A DNA stretch of 64,000 nt, taken from contig MU053431.1 in assembly GCA_013239625.1 (NCBI GenBank), forward strand, positions 2,134,485-2,198,484. The letters run 5' to 3'. The stretch is from Lama guanicoe (lineage: Eukaryota). A program made the position numbers and the translations under genes. Numbering within the stretch: position 1 is the first letter of the stretch; every line of letters starts with the position of its first letter. Under the pieces are notes generated by a model. It was not told the origin of the DNA, did no database searches, and saw nothing but the letters and a program-made list of their open reading frames with translations. Positions 31,301-45,300 of this stretch are shown piece after piece.

Positions 31301-32269
31301 CAGGGCAGGGCTGGGGCGGGACACAGGACACCTGGTGCAAGGCTGTGGAGCTGACTGGGTCCTGCAGCCCCACCTGGTTGCTAGGGGTCTGGGGGAGGAG
31401 CAAAAGTGCCCACCCCTCCGGCAGCATCCAGCCCCGACCTTTACCCACGACCCCTCACAGTCTCCAGCGAATATCACGTCCCCGACTGTCCTGTGCATCC
31501 TGAGTGTCCTGTGCCGGACCCGTCTCCCCCAGAGCATCTCTGCCCCCAGAAGCTGAACCCAGAGCAGGGTCAGAGTGGCCCTGGCAGCCTCGGCACACAG
31601 CGCTCAGCACCCCCCGACACACACTGGCTACCCGAGAGAGGGGGCCTGTCAGGTCCAGGTTCGGGTAGAGTGGGTCTGGTCAGGGCAGGCCCTGGGGCCC
31701 AGCTGGGCACCCCCTAGCACTGGTCACCGGTCCCAGCCTGGGGCTGTCCGGGCAGGTGGGGAGGCTTGGGGAGAGGCCTTGCTTGGCAGGCCCTCGCAGA
31801 CTGGGGAGGGGCTTGTGGAGAAGTGGCCAGTGCAGAGGAGGCTTCCTGGGGGCCAGTGTGGGCTGGGTCATCGGAGAGACCTACGTGTGGCTCTGGTTTG
31901 GGGTCCTGGGTCCTGGAGGCGATGATGGGTGAGTGGGGGGGTTGGGGTCTAGTTTGACTCCCAGGGTCCAGGTGCTGCTCCAGGCCGCCCCCCAGGCTGC
32001 CAGAGACCCCAGGCCCATCTCCCACAGTGTGCTGCATGGGGCCACTTGTGGTGCCCTTGTCCATGAGGCGCCTCCCCTGTGAGCCTCTTTAGGACAGACC
32101 CTGTGGCGTGAGGGTTGAAGGTGTTGACCCCTTGCTGCCTTGCGTCCCTGCCCTGCAGCGTCACGGGGTTCTTCTCCCTGGGGCGCCCATGCCCCCAGCT
32201 CAGGGGAACGTCCTGGCCAGCAGATGGGAAGAGTGGAGAGTGGGGGAGGGGTGGGCCGGGGGTGGGCCA

Positions 32270-32391
32270 GGCAGTGACGTCGGTGGGCAAGGGCCTCATA
32301 AGCTGCAGCCTCCCTGTGGCTGCAGCAGGACCTGGCTGGACGGGAGTGCGCGAGACTGAGGGCTCTCGGACGGGAGCAGGTTGGTGACTCA
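32270..32391 (+). promoter_or_regulatory. COL20A1: Probable COL20A1 promoter and non-coding exon 1 (~32298-32379)
   Basis: CRE-like tgacgtcg, cataag, donor cag|gttggt at 32379/80, AP-1 tgactca 32385-32391; resembles the human COL20A1 5' UTR as recalled. Confidence 0.55.
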
Positions 32392-33290
32392 TCTGGGGGC
32401 CGGGGCCACCGGGGATGTGCCCAGGTCTGTGATCTGAGGATGACCTTGACCTCCTAGAAAGGTTAGGGGGGAGTGGAGCTCCTGGGGAGGGGGCATCAGG
32501 ACCAGAGGCACAGTCAGAGTGGGGCTGGGGTCTGACCCCCGGGCTACGGGGCAGAGAGGAGTCCTGCTCCCAGCACTGGCCTCCGTGTCCCTGGAAGGGG
32601 TCTCACCGGGTTTCTGGGGAGAGGAGGGGTCTGGCTTCAGAATGTGAATCAGGAGGGCCAAGGACCTGGGGTGCCCAGAGAGCCCCTCCACAGCCCTAAG
32701 GACCCCCACAACCTTGGCTGCCCTGGGGGTGTCCGGGGCCCTGAGAGCCTGCGCTGCGTGTCCCTTCTGCTGTCAGCAGAGGCGCAGAGGCCCTGAGGTC
32801 CCAACCCCGCTTCAGGGCTTCTCCCCACCACTCGCTGGTAGGCCGGCTCTGGGGCCAGCAGAGGGGCGGCACGCTGGGGGTCCTGCTCAAACTGGTTCCC
32901 AGTCCCTGCCTCGGTTTCCTCCCCAGATCCCCAACCCTGACAGTGGCCACCGTAGTCTGGTCTAATGACAATTAAGTGACCAGAGCGGCAACCAGGGCCC
33001 CTTGTTGGCCCGTAGAGAACGTCCCAGGGCACGACACAGAAACTGACTGGGCTGCCCTGTCTCGGGGGGCAGGAGGGCAGCTGACCTCTCAATCCAGGAA
33101 GCTCCTGCCCAGGTGGACAGCAGGGCTGGTGGCTGCAGGCCCTGAGGCATGGGCTGAGCCTCCCTGCCCACAGGGCCGCAGGTGAAGATACTCTGGCTTC
33201 AAGGTCAGGAGGCGATGGACAGATGGGTGGACAAATGGAGGGACCAACGGATAGCTGAGCAGCCTTTCTTCTTCCCGCAGGCCACGCACC

Positions 33291-33372
33291 ATGAGTGACT
33301 GTGTGCACCCCTCCCTCGGGGTCAGCCTCTGGCTGTTGCTGGGGGCTGCCATGGGACTTGGCCAGGGTCAAG
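33291..33372 (+). CDS. COL20A1: COL20A1 exon 2 (signal peptide)
   Basis: acc[30 protein letters not shown], donor gtaagg. Confidence 0.88.
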
Positions 33373-36300
33373 GTAAGGACACGGGCAGGGGGCTTCCTGG
33401 GACTGTGGACCCCACCAGACACCCACCTGCCCGCCCAGCCCCCCACCCCAGCTGACCCGCAGGGCGCTCCTGCTCTGGGCGGAGGCCCCACAGTGGGACT
33501 GGCTTCCCTCTGTCCTGAGTCCCTGGCAGGGACAGGCGCCCTGCGAGCAGAGCCAGGAGGCAGGACGGCCCCTCTGCCCACAGCCCCACCCTCAGCTGTG
33601 GCTTGACCTTTGGCTTGGGGCTTTTTTGTGTTTTCCGTTTTGTTTTTTAACAGTTATCAACACGCTGTGCATTTAATGCCCTCTTACATGTATTTTTTTT
33701 TGGAAAGTCATTCCACAGACATGTTTTCAAAGTGAGATTTTCAAACATTAGAATTTAGAGTAAAAAGTGACCCCCAGCCCCGAGGGGAGCCCTGAGATGC
33801 TGGCTGCCACCATCACCCCAGATCCCCGTACCCCTTGTGCGGCTGCACCACATCCAGCAAGGGGTGCTTCAATCTGACCACTCCCTCTTGGGTGTCCTTT
33901 TGGGGTAACGGGCATTGCAGTGTCGTTTGTAACTCCCCGAACCCGAGGAGGAAGGCTGCTTGGACTGACTCTGGGAGGTGGCGTCCAAGGCTCCGGTCAC
34001 TCAGGGAGCCTCCTCCGCCCCGCTGGCCGCGTCCCTGGCGTGCGCCTGGCTCCCACGGGCGACGAGGGTGGGGGACCACGCCCCTTGCCGATGCAGCTGT
34101 GCTTCGTGGATGCGGCTCAAGCGGCCTCGCGAGGGCGGCAGGGGGCATCACGCAGCCACCAGCCTGGAGCCCAGGGTCTGCCAGCCCCCTCTTCCTGGTG
34201 GCCTGTCTTCCTGTTTTTGCTTTTGCAGGCAGGTTGGTGATGGCTGAGTGGGTGGGGCCCTGGGTCCTCAGGACTCTGACAGGGTCTCCCAGGGGGCTAA
34301 GCCACTAAGGGGCCTCACAGACGCTTGAGTCCAGACAGCACGCGGTCCCCCGGGCTCTGGGTGAGCTGGGGGGGCGGGGGGTGCAGGCTCCATGTCCAGG
34401 CTGCCCTTCCCTGAGGGTGGTGGGGGAGGAGCTCCTGGGTGGGTGCCTCCCACTGCCAGCCCCCCGGCTGTCTCCCCAGTGCCCCACCAAGGCCCCGACC
34501 TGTGGACCCAGAGGGCAGCCTGGAAAGCCTCCCCCAAGACGTGAGGGGCGCAACGAGACAGAGGCTCCTCATGAGCTGGGCTCCCTGCTCACAAGTGACT
34601 TTTCAAAGCTCCCACCCCCGAGACATTCCTGCCTTTCAGCCCGTGCTCCAGGGAGCAGAGGCCCATCCGGAGACCCATCCGGAGACCAGCTCAGCTGCCT
34701 CCAGCTCTGAAGCCCTCATTGTGCCTCTGTGGGCTCCCGCCAGCCCTGCGCTTCCCCTGTGCCCCCGACTTCAGAGGGGCAGCCGGAAGAAGCCTGTCTC
34801 TCCCCGTTTTCCAAAAATAGCACCCCCACCAACGAGCTCCCGGAAGCGTCCCCTGGAGGTCAGGCTGTGCCTGGGGCCCCAGGCCTCCACTGCCCCTTCC
34901 TCCTCCTAGGACGGCCAGGGCACCCCGCCCAGTGCACCCACCAGAGTGCAGCCCCACACTCAGGGCTCTCCACGCCCAGGGCGCCCCCTCCAGGGCACCC
35001 ACCAGAGTGCACCCCCACACTCAGGGCTCTCCACACCCAGGGCGCCCCCCCCCAGCGCACCCACCAGAGTGCACCCCCACACTCAGGGCTCTCCACACCC
35101 AGGGCGCCCACCCCAGGGCACCCACCAGAGTGCACCCCCACACTCAGGGCTCTCCACACCCAGGGCGCCCACCCCAGGGCACCCACCAGAGTGCACCCCC
35201 ACACTCAGGGCTCTCCACACCCAGGGCGCCCACCCCAGGGCACCGTACCCTCATGGGCTGTGTAACCCAACCGTGACCTTGGCAGCTGGGATCTGTGGTC
35301 GCACAGCTGCTCCTCCCACTGCCAGGCTCAGGCAGGGGAACCCGGGTGGGGAGGCAGCTGCTGTGTTGGCTCAGCGCCTGCATCTCCGGGGGCAGTTACT
35401 GCCACTCCCAGATGCTAACCTGAGCCTCTCTCTAGGGGCTGGGGGGACACCCCTAGGGGAAGGCGGGGGCCTCCTCGGAAGGAGCAGTCTCCCCTCCCTG
35501 GAGCTGCCAGGTGGCCCCAGTGCCTCAGAGCCCTCAGAAGCCGGGTCCCCCTTCAGCCCCAGGTGGGGCCTCCTCTTGCCCAGCCCCACCCAACTGAGCC
35601 CTCCGTGGGGCCACAGCCTCCGCAGACGGTCAGGACGGGCCCCTCACACCTCTCCCAGCTCCCCACAGCTGGTTGGTGTGGGCCCCAGAGATCATCCTGG
35701 CCGCCCTGTCCTGTTTCCCCAGTGAGCGGCCGCCTGAAGCTGGTGGTGCTGCCTGAGGACCGGCTACAGATGACGTGGAGGGAGTCGGAGGGGCGCAGCC
35801 TTGGCTTCCTGGTGCGGGTGAAGCCCATGGCAGGTAGGGCCTGTGCCTCCCCTCCGTGCAGACCACAGCGGTCACCATGGGGGCTGCAGTGGCTGGCTCC
35901 TCTGTGAGTCTGCCCTCCCTCCTGTCCATCTTCCCTGCTAACTGGGGGAAATCATGGCAGGAGGACAGGGCCTAGGGAGTCCCCATAGCTGTGTCCCCAC
36001 ACCTGGCACATGCAGGGGCATTCGGTCAAGGACCCTGCTCCAGCTTAGAGCTGCCAGGACTCTGCCAGTGCCCAGCGCGAGCGGCCCACGTCTTATAGGA
36101 CGGCAGCAGAGACGCCTGGTGGCTCAGCACAGACCTCCAGACAGGGTGAGGGCTGCGAGTATTAAACCCTTTCCAAAACTGAGGTGTGACACCTGCAGGC
36201 GAGCCCCCAGTCACGGGCGTGTGGCCGCCGCGTTGGCCAGATGCACGATGCGAACCTGCGCTCAGTCCCCGGGGGGAGAGGCCCCGCCGGGCTCACTGGC

Positions 36301-39300
36301 CTGGCGCTGCCCCGAGAAGAGCCCCAGCCTGACCTGGCTGTGGTTTCCCTAGCATTTTAGCTAAGCCACCTTTGTTTATTTTTCTTGTCTTTTACATTGT
36401 TACTGATGTTTTGCGTATGTATCTACTTACCCATCAATTGCTGTGAGAAGTATTTTAAATCCCCAGCGTGACTGTAGATACGCCTTCCTCGGGCGTCTCA
36501 CTAATCTTCCTTACGTGTCGAAGCTCTGTTATTAGGTGCATACAAATGTAGAACGGTCGTGCCTTCCTAGTAGACTGAACCTCTTCTGTGACAAGGTACT
36601 CCTCATTACCTCCCTGCGGCCATTTTTTCTTACGTTCTGCTTTCCGTAAGGTCAGTATTGCTCCAGCAGGAAGCGTTTGCACTGGATGCCGTGCCCCGTT
36701 CCTCTCCTTGACCTTCCTCCAGTCTTTCACTTCAGACACTGCTTCTCAGAAGCACAGAATTACTGTTGTTTTTATCCAGTGATACAGTCTTTCCCTTTTT
36801 GTCGAAACATTTCCCCATTTACATTTAATGACATTTCTGATACATTTGGATTTAAATCTACTATCTTTCTATTTGTTTTGTTTTTGTTCCACTAGTTATA
36901 ACTTCTTCCTCTCCTGTCTTCTTTGGAACTGAATTTTTCTAGAACAATTTTAAAACACGCAGAAGAAGAGAGTTCAGTGTGATGCAGCCTCGTGCGCCCG
37001 GGATTAAGCTCCAACAGCTGCCAGCTCGCGGCGGGGCCGCGCTGTGCCTCTCCCCCAGCACCTTCCTTAGGTTGTGTTATCTTGAGCAAGTCCCAGACAG
37101 CACATACTTCTGCCTATAAACATTTCAGTTTGTTTCTCTAAAAAAAGAAGGGATGAAAAATAACTCCAGTACTGCTAGCATGCCTGAAGAATGAAAATAC
37201 TTCAAGACTATCATTAAATATTCTGTGTGTTAAAAATCATCCAGCTTGCCAGGTAAATGTCTTTTACAATTGACTTCCTTGCACGGGGGTCCCTGCAGGG
37301 CCCTCGCACTGTGCCTCACACTGTACTGGTTCCCACGTCTCAGGTAATGTTCCATCCAGAACAGTGTCCTCTCCCCTCCTTTTCCTCAGCACTTGTTTGT
37401 GGAAAAAAAAAGATCATTCATCCTGGAGGACTTGCACATCCTACGTCTTGCTGACGGCATCCCCGTGGTGCCTTTTAAATTGCTCCTGTCCCCCGTTCTG
37501 CCCCGTAGATTGGCAGTTAGGTCCCGGAGTTTGATCAGATCCGGGTTTGATTGTATTCTGTGGACAGGAATCGTTTGTGAGTGGTTCCTGTCCCACTGCG
37601 CCCTTGCTGGAGGTGCACGGTGTCTGTTGCCTCTTTTCTCGTGTGGAGTTACCACGGATTGGCAGCTGTGAGAGGAGTGGGCACTTTCCGCATTCCGTGT
37701 CCCCTTTGCTCGTGTGGCGGACAGGGGCCGCAGCACCGCCCTCGGTTTATTAGCATGTAGCATCATGACAGCTCCGTAGCTGTCCCTGCACAGACGCCGC
37801 ACAGCGGTGCCCGCCCTGTCTCATGCGTGCTCCTCCGTAACCTACAGCAAATCTCATAAAGCATTTCCATTTTTTCAGTTGCTCAATTTGATGTTAATTC
37901 AGACCAGCTCGTGTATTTACCCCTTCGTTGCCCTTTGTTCCTTCCAGTGCCTCTCCTTCTGGGGCTGTCTTCTTTCTGCCTGAAACGTTTCCTTGAGTAA
38001 GGGTCTCCTGGCTGCAGGTTCTGTGTTTTGGGGGGTTTGTTTTTTTCCTAAGTGTCTGTATTCCACCTTCGTTCTTGAAGGATGTCGTTGCTGGGTATAG
38101 AATTTTGATTGGAACTTCCCTTCAGCACCTTGAAGACCCCTTTTATTGTCTTTCGGTTCCTACCGTTCCTCTTGAGAATTCGGTTGCCAGCCCAGTTGCT
38201 GCCCCCTTAGATGAGATGTCTTGCTTCCTCTTTTCCCTAATCCCTGCCTTTAAGACTTTTCCCTCTGCTGCAGTTTCCAGCACATTTAGTCTGGTGTGCG
38301 TGCGTGTGCGTGTCTCTCATCTTGCTTCAGACCCGTCGGACTTCCGGGACCCAGGTCTGACGCCCTGCAGTTCTGGAAACCTCCTTAGCTGATCTCCTCA
38401 AGCTGTGCTTGCTCCCACTCTCCCCGTCTCCCCGTGGGGCTACACGATGGGGGTCTTGTCACTGCATCGGTGCCCCTTACGCCTTCTCCAGTATTTTCAG
38501 TTCCTTTCTCTCTCCAGCCTTACTTTTTTGTCTCACTCTGAAACGCCTTCCCCTGCTTGCCCCCTCATTTGTTTGTAACAAGCTGTTAAGTCATTCTCAG
38601 AATTTCTAGCTTCAGTTTTTGTGTTTCTCCATTCTAGAATTCCCATTTGGAAATTTGCACTTGGTTTTTCCACTCCAGAATTTCTTTTCCATTGGTTTGT
38701 TTTCGTAGTTTGATATCCAAATTCATAGGCTTGGTCATTTTGAAGTCTCGTAACTCCATTATCTGGGAAATCTGCGGGTCCCTTTCTCTTGTCTAAGGTT
38801 CCTTTTAACTTTCAACCATGCCGTCGTGCTCCCTTGTACACCTGGTTATTTGTTGTTGCAGACACTGTGAAAACCTATAGGAATAGTGTATGGCCTCGTA
38901 TGACATTGTCTTCCTTCAGAAACAATTTGTGGTTGTTTCTGACAGATGACAACCTGGGTCATCTTCACTCCATCTTAGAAGTTAAGATTGTTTGAAGCTG
39001 GGGTCCAGTCCCTTCAAGACCCAATCTGTCCTCACGAATCCTAGCTCCTGGGTGTAGCTCTTCAGTGTCTCTACCCAAAGAATTGGGGGGTGGGGTGGGC
39101 ATGGGCCAAGGATTCACACCCTCAGAGGGCCCCAGGCCCTTCTTGCCCCTTAAGCCTCCAAGCCCGTCAAGGCCGCTGGCCCGGGGCTCTCTCCCAGACA
39201 CCCTGTCTTCACCTGTTCAGGCTCTCCAACAAGGGACTACAGGCTGCAGTTGCAACAAGTTGAATGACATTGGTTTCCCGCCATCCAGGAGGCTGGACGC

Positions 39301-42300
39301 CCGAGGCCCGGGCGCCAGCGCAGCCGGGTTCTTGGAGGGCTCTCCTCCTGGTTCACAGACGGTGCTCTCCTCGCTCTCTCCTTGTGCGGCAGAAGCAGCG
39401 AGGGAGCTCTCGGGGGCCCCTCTCATCAGGGCGCTGGCCGCCTCGTGAGGGCTCCACCCTCATGACCTCATCCCCTCCCGGGGGCTACCTCCTGACGGGT
39501 TGCCTTGGGGGTTAGGATGTCAGCCTGTGAACCTGGCGGATGCAAATGTTCAGTCCACAGCCCACCCTGGCGTGCACGGGGGCCGGGGGTGGGGCTGGCC
39601 TCTGTGCTCCGAATCGCCACCCGGTTAGCGCGCTCGGCCTTCAAGGGATTCTGTGCAGAAACGCCACCTAGTTTCCCGACTCTCAGCAAGAGGGGGTGTT
39701 GCCGGCGCCAGAGCGGAAGCCCAGCCCAGACCTCGCGTGTCCTCCAGGTGCTGGCCCTGGCGGGTGGGGGCCCAGCTCCTCCAGCCATCGGCCTCTCTCC
39801 CTGTGCAGCCTGCATCGTCACACCTTCGTGGTGGCCCCAGGACTGTTGCGCTGGGGCATCTGGAGGGCTTATGGGTGCTCGCAGTGGGTAAATCCCTCTG
39901 GGGAGGCTTGGTAAAGGACACACTACTTTGCTGCTGCAGATGCATTCTTCCTCAGTTAATTGCCCAGGAGTGCTGCTCCCTCCCATCAGGTCCTAGGGGA
40001 GGAGCTGGGGTGGGGGGAGCCAGGAGGACTTCACCACTCCCCGACAGGCACACACACGTGCACACAGACTGTCCGGCTCGGCGGCCTTGACAGCTCTCCC
40101 CACCCCCACCCCAGGGGACCCAGAGCAGGAGGTGATGCTGACAACCAAGACCCCCAAGGCCACGGTGGGGGGCCTGAGCCCCTCCAAAGGCTACAGCGTG
40201 CAAATCTTCGAGCTCACCGGCTCAGGGAACACCCTGCTGGCTCGGAGGGAGTTTGTGAGTAAGTCCGTCCTCTGGGGGTGCACGTGTTTGGGCAGAGGAG
40301 GGGGCGGAGCTGAGCCCTGGCAGCACCTCTGGGCTGGGAGCCCCCAGGCTGGGGCTTGAGTCCTGGCAGCCGCCCAGGAGCCAGGACAAGCCCTTGCGGG
40401 GTGTGCTGTGGGTGCCGTCCCCAGGCCTCTGTTCCCTCCCTGGGTGGTGGGGTCCTGACAGACCCTCGCATCTTTCTGCAGTTGAAGATTTGAAGAGTAA
40501 CTCCATGAGCAGGAGCGGCAGGAGGCCAGCGGGGGCAGCCCTGGAGCCCACCCCCTCCCACGTGGGGAGCCTAGACCTGGAACCCTGGTTGGCCTTGGCC
40601 CCAAGCCAAGATCTGCCCACATTTGGTGAGTCGAAGTTGAATGAGGACAGGTGGGCCAGCTTCTCGGGGTTTCTCTCCATGTGGCCAGGAAGTTCTTCCT
40701 CCCTCTGACCTCACGCTTTCTTGCTTTACTTAAGCTCACCTCCAACCTCCTGGGTTCACTAGCCCACTGAGGCAGGCCATCTGCTGGAGGAGTCCCTGGG
40801 GCCTCAGTGCCTGGTCCCCACCCTCACCCCCTTAGGTGTCCCCCAGCTTGGGTGTGGCAGGTGAGAGGCGATGCAGCTGTTATCCATCCCCCCAGGAGTG
40901 CCTGGAGAAGGGCAGCACCCACCCAGGAGCCCCGCTGGAAAGGCCCCTGCTCAGCCCCTACCAGACCCGGAAGGGCAGAACTACGCCAGGGCCTCAGCTG
41001 GAGGGAGAGAGAAGCCAGGTAAGACAGCCAGGGTGCCGGCCTCCGCGGGACTGCGGGCAGGCAGGTGGCGTTCCCATGAGGCCCTGCAGGCAGTGCTGTG
41101 CCTCCCCCTCCAGAACTGAGATGTCTCCGATTTTGTCTCCCCATCAGATTTGAAATGGACGAAGGCACCTCCTTCCTTAGACGGGCACATTCCTCCTCAG
41201 GTGGGGACCCCCGCTGTCTCCCAGTGGACTTTGGGTCTGCCAGGATGGGCTCCCCTGCAGTGCAGCACCTTAAGGCTAGGGCCTGCCTCCCCGATTAGAT
41301 GGGGGTCTCACCACACGTACCTTACCCAGGAGCTCCAGGCGGGGTCTGACCTGACTCTGGGGCTCAGCCTGGAAGCACCATCTGCAAAACTCAGGGACCC
41401 CCAGGTCAAGAGGTGTGGCTCTGTGTCCAAGGAGCTCCTGGTCGTCAGGACAGGCCCCAACCCCAGACAGTGAGGCCTCAGCCCAGAGCTGGTAGAATGG
41501 ACAGCCCCCAGCCCTGCCTGGAGCTGTCCACGGTGCTGACCCCGTCCACCTCATTTGGCACCCCCTTGGGCAGCCTCTGCCAGCTGGACCTGGGTGTCGG
41601 CTGGGTGAGGAAGGTGGACCCCTGCATTGACATCCACACAGTGAACAGCATGGAGGCCAGAGGTGCCAGGGCAACTGGGTGACCCACTAGCCATCTTTAG
41701 GGGGCTTGGACGGGCTGAGATGATGGGCTGTGGTTCATGTGGGCTCTTCTGAGTCTGGAGAGACCTTAGGTCCTCTCCCCCAACACTCAGCTGCCCACCT
41801 CATTTGAGGCCAATGCCCCTCCACCCACCGCAGAGAAGGAGCTCCCAGGGGCTAGAGACCAGCCCGGAGCTGTTCCAGGTCCTGTAGCTGCAACAGCCTT
41901 GCCCAGCACCTCACCTCCCTCCGCTCCCACCCCAGCTGGTGCCCGGTTCCGCTGCACACCCCCCATGCCCGCGGACATGATCTTCCTGGTGGATGGGTCC
42001 TGGAGTATCGGCCACAGTCACTTCCAGCAGGTCAAAGACTTCCTGGCCAGTGTCATCGAGCCCTTTGAAATCGGGCTGGACAAAGTCCAAGTAGGTGGGT
42101 CTCAGCCCTGCCCTGTGGCCCACCCAGAGGTGGTCCTCACAGTTCCCCACCAGCCCCAGCCCCCAGCACAGGCGATGCCTCGGAGAAGGAGTGAGAAGTG
42201 GGAGAGGAGATGCAGCCTCTGGGAGCCAAGGCTAAGTTCCCCCACCAGCCAGGCAGGGAGGGCTCTCCACGTGCACCGGCAGGACAGCTGGCTTCCGGGG

Positions 42301-45300
42301 GGACACTGCTGTGTGAAAGATGGGGCTTTGCAAATGTGCCCTCCCTGGTGACCTGGCGAAGCTGTGTGCCAGCAGACCGCGCTGGACCTCCCCTCGCACG
42401 CAGCCTGACAGTGCCGCTGGGACCCTCCCCTCCCAGGCCTGACTCAGTACAGCGGAGCCCCCTGGACCGAGTGGGACTTGAACACCTTTGGCACCAAGGA
42501 GAAGGTCCTGGCGGCCGTCCACAGTCTCCGATACAGAGGGGGAAACACGTTCACAGGTCTGCCTGGCCCGGCCCCGCCCTGGGGTCCGCACGGGTCTTTG
42601 TCCTCAAGCCCCTCGTGGGCTGGCAGTCACCCTTCCTCGCTCCCCTCCCAGATTTGGAAACAGGTGTGAACTGGGCTCAAGCTCCTATTCACGCCTTCCC
42701 TAAGGGCAAATCCACCCTCATTTATCCCTGGTGAACGTAGGTGCTGGGCAGTCCTGCTGAAACTGAGTGGCTCCTCTGATCGGCAGAGGCTCCTGGGGGC
42801 AGCCACCAGTGGTTTGCGGGTGGCCTGCTGAAAGCAGCCCCTCCCTGTCCCGGTCCTGGGGCCTCGCTGCTCTGGGACTGATGCCGGCTGGTCAAGCAGC
42901 AGGTGCAGGCACTGCTCCTGGGCCTCGTGGCTCCCATGACAGAAGGAGAGGCGGTGTCCCTGCCCTCCAGGTCCCAGCAGCCTGGAGGGGCCAGGACTAA
43001 CATGGGGCGAGGGGGCGGGCACGGGGACCACTGGCTGGTGCAGACGCCACAGACAGGCAAGGAGGGCACTTGGAGCCACCCCCACGTTGTTCTCACTGCA
43101 CCCAAGGCCTGGCCCTGACCCACGTGCTGGAGCAGAACCTGCAGCCCGCAGCAGGTCTCCGTCCAGAGGTGGTCAAGCTGGTGATTCTGGTGACGGATGG
43201 CAAGTCCCAGGATGACGCCCGCACTGCTGGCCACGTCCTCAAGGGCCTGGGTGTTGACGTCTTTGCTGTGGGTGAGCAGCCCCCGGGCTCCGCGGGAGTT
43301 CGCCCAGGGGGTGGCTTTGGGGCTGTGGGTCTTGTGGCCTCTGAGCCTCAGCCTCAGCCTTGGGTCTGCAAATGGGGAGGGCGAGTCCCTGCCCTGAGGG
43401 CCTGATCCCTGGGCGCTGGGACGGCAGCCCCAGAAGCTGGCGTGGGCAGCATGGCTGTTCCCGATGAGGCAGCCAGTTGGCAGCATCTTCTGTAGATGTC
43501 TCCGCACCCCACCCATCCACATGGGCCCCCCTCGCTGCTCCGTAGGTGCCTAGCACCCCTCGGGGACCTCATGCTACTCCCTTTACCGGCCAGTTGTTAA
43601 CTCTGTCCCTTGAGAAGGGAACTCCAGACTCAAGGGCGGGGATTCCTGGGAGCAGCGACCCTCCCCAGTGCCCCTGTGCTGGGCCCCCAGGAAAGCACAC
43701 TGGCCTCCCTCCTGGCCCCAAACCCCACGGAGACCCCTGTGGGCACGGCACAGCCTGTGAGGGGCCTTCTGGGTCGAGCCCACGTTTGCACTTGCCTCTC
43801 TCACCAGGACACCCCCGGGCGACCCAGTTCTGGGCCCTGTGGGGTCTGGGGTCTGTGGCTCGGGAAGGAGCCCTGGCCCACTGGGTGGCCGGGCAGGGTC
43901 CAGTGATCCCACTGCACCCTGGATAAGGGCGCTGAGTGGGCTCACCCCACCCCCACCCCGTGGCAGGTGTGAAGAACGCCGATGAGGCTGAGCTGAGGCT
44001 CCTGGCATCCCCGCCGCTGGACATCACTGTCCACAATGTGCAGGACTTTCCCCAGCTCGGCACGCTGGCCGGCCTGCTCAGCCGGCTGATCTGCCAAAAA
44101 ATCCAGGGCAGGAGCCCGCGCAGGGGGTCCGGTGAGCGCGGGGGCTCAGATAAGCAGGAGGGTGGTGCGGGGGCAGGGTCACCCCCACTGGCTGCAGCCG
44201 CCCGGGCCCTGCCAGGCTGCTCGGGGCAGAGGGACGGGGGACTGCAGCTCCTGTAAGGAACTCCGAGCCCTCCTGCTGGCTCTCCCATCTCTCACCACCC
44301 AGGGACAACTGTCCTTCCTGGAAGTGGCCGCCAGAGGGAGCAGGCAGAGCCACAATGCCTGCTGCCCACTGGCGGCCTTGCCAATACCTCCCCTCCCACA
44401 GTTACACCAGCAGCAGCCACTCTGGCCCTGGACCCCCTTTCCACTCCCACCAGCCTGGTCCTGACCCAGGTGACCTCCTCCAGCGTCCACCTGTCCTGGA
44501 CCCCAGCCCCACAGCCACCCCTCAAGTATCTGATTGTGTGGCAGCCTTCCATGGGCGGCACCCCCAGGGAGGTGAGAGGTGGCCCTGCACAGACAGGGCT
44601 GGAGGGAGGCCCACACGTGACAAAGCCAACGTGGAGGAGGAAGGGGGGGCTACCAAACTGGTTCCATGAGCCCCCAGATGGTGGGAGTGGGGTGAGTGCT
44701 CACGCCTGTGTCACGTCTGTGTCCAGGAGGAGCCAGGGACACAGCCCTGCAGGGAGCGAGGACTGATCCAGCCCTGCCCGAGCCTGCACCCCTGCACCCC
44801 TCCCTGCCCACCCACTGCGACTCCTGTTCTAGGTGGTGGTGGAGGGGCCCGCCTTGTCCACAGAGCTGCACAACCTGACCTCCAGCACAGAGTACCTGGT
44901 CTCCGTGCTCCCTGTCTACAAGGCCGGAGTCGGCGAGGGCCTGCAGGGCCTGGTGACCACAGGTGGGGAGGAACAGACCCGGGCTCAGCAGTGCCCCCTA
45001 CCTGCAGCCTCCCTCGGAGCCTGGCACCAGCAAGGGCGGTCTTAACCCTGGGGTGGGGGCACCACCCCCTGCTTGCTGTGTGACCGAGGCTGAGTCCCTG
45101 TGCCTCTCTGACCCTCTGTCTCCTCTTCTGAGCACAAGTGATGTCGTTTTTGTCATCACCCCAACCACAGCTGGGACCCATCACTGTTGCTTCTCACACT
45201 GTTGGTGGAGCTTCCGCCCGGCCCGGTCTGCAGGCGCCCAGGGGACTGCCATGAGCCCCACCGCCCCCCACTTAGCAGCTTTACTGAGACACACAGCCCA

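Noticed and set aside
34914-35244. CRISPR-like array or repetitive coding sequence
   Set aside because: Units are contiguous with no unique spacers; intronic minisatellite in a mammal
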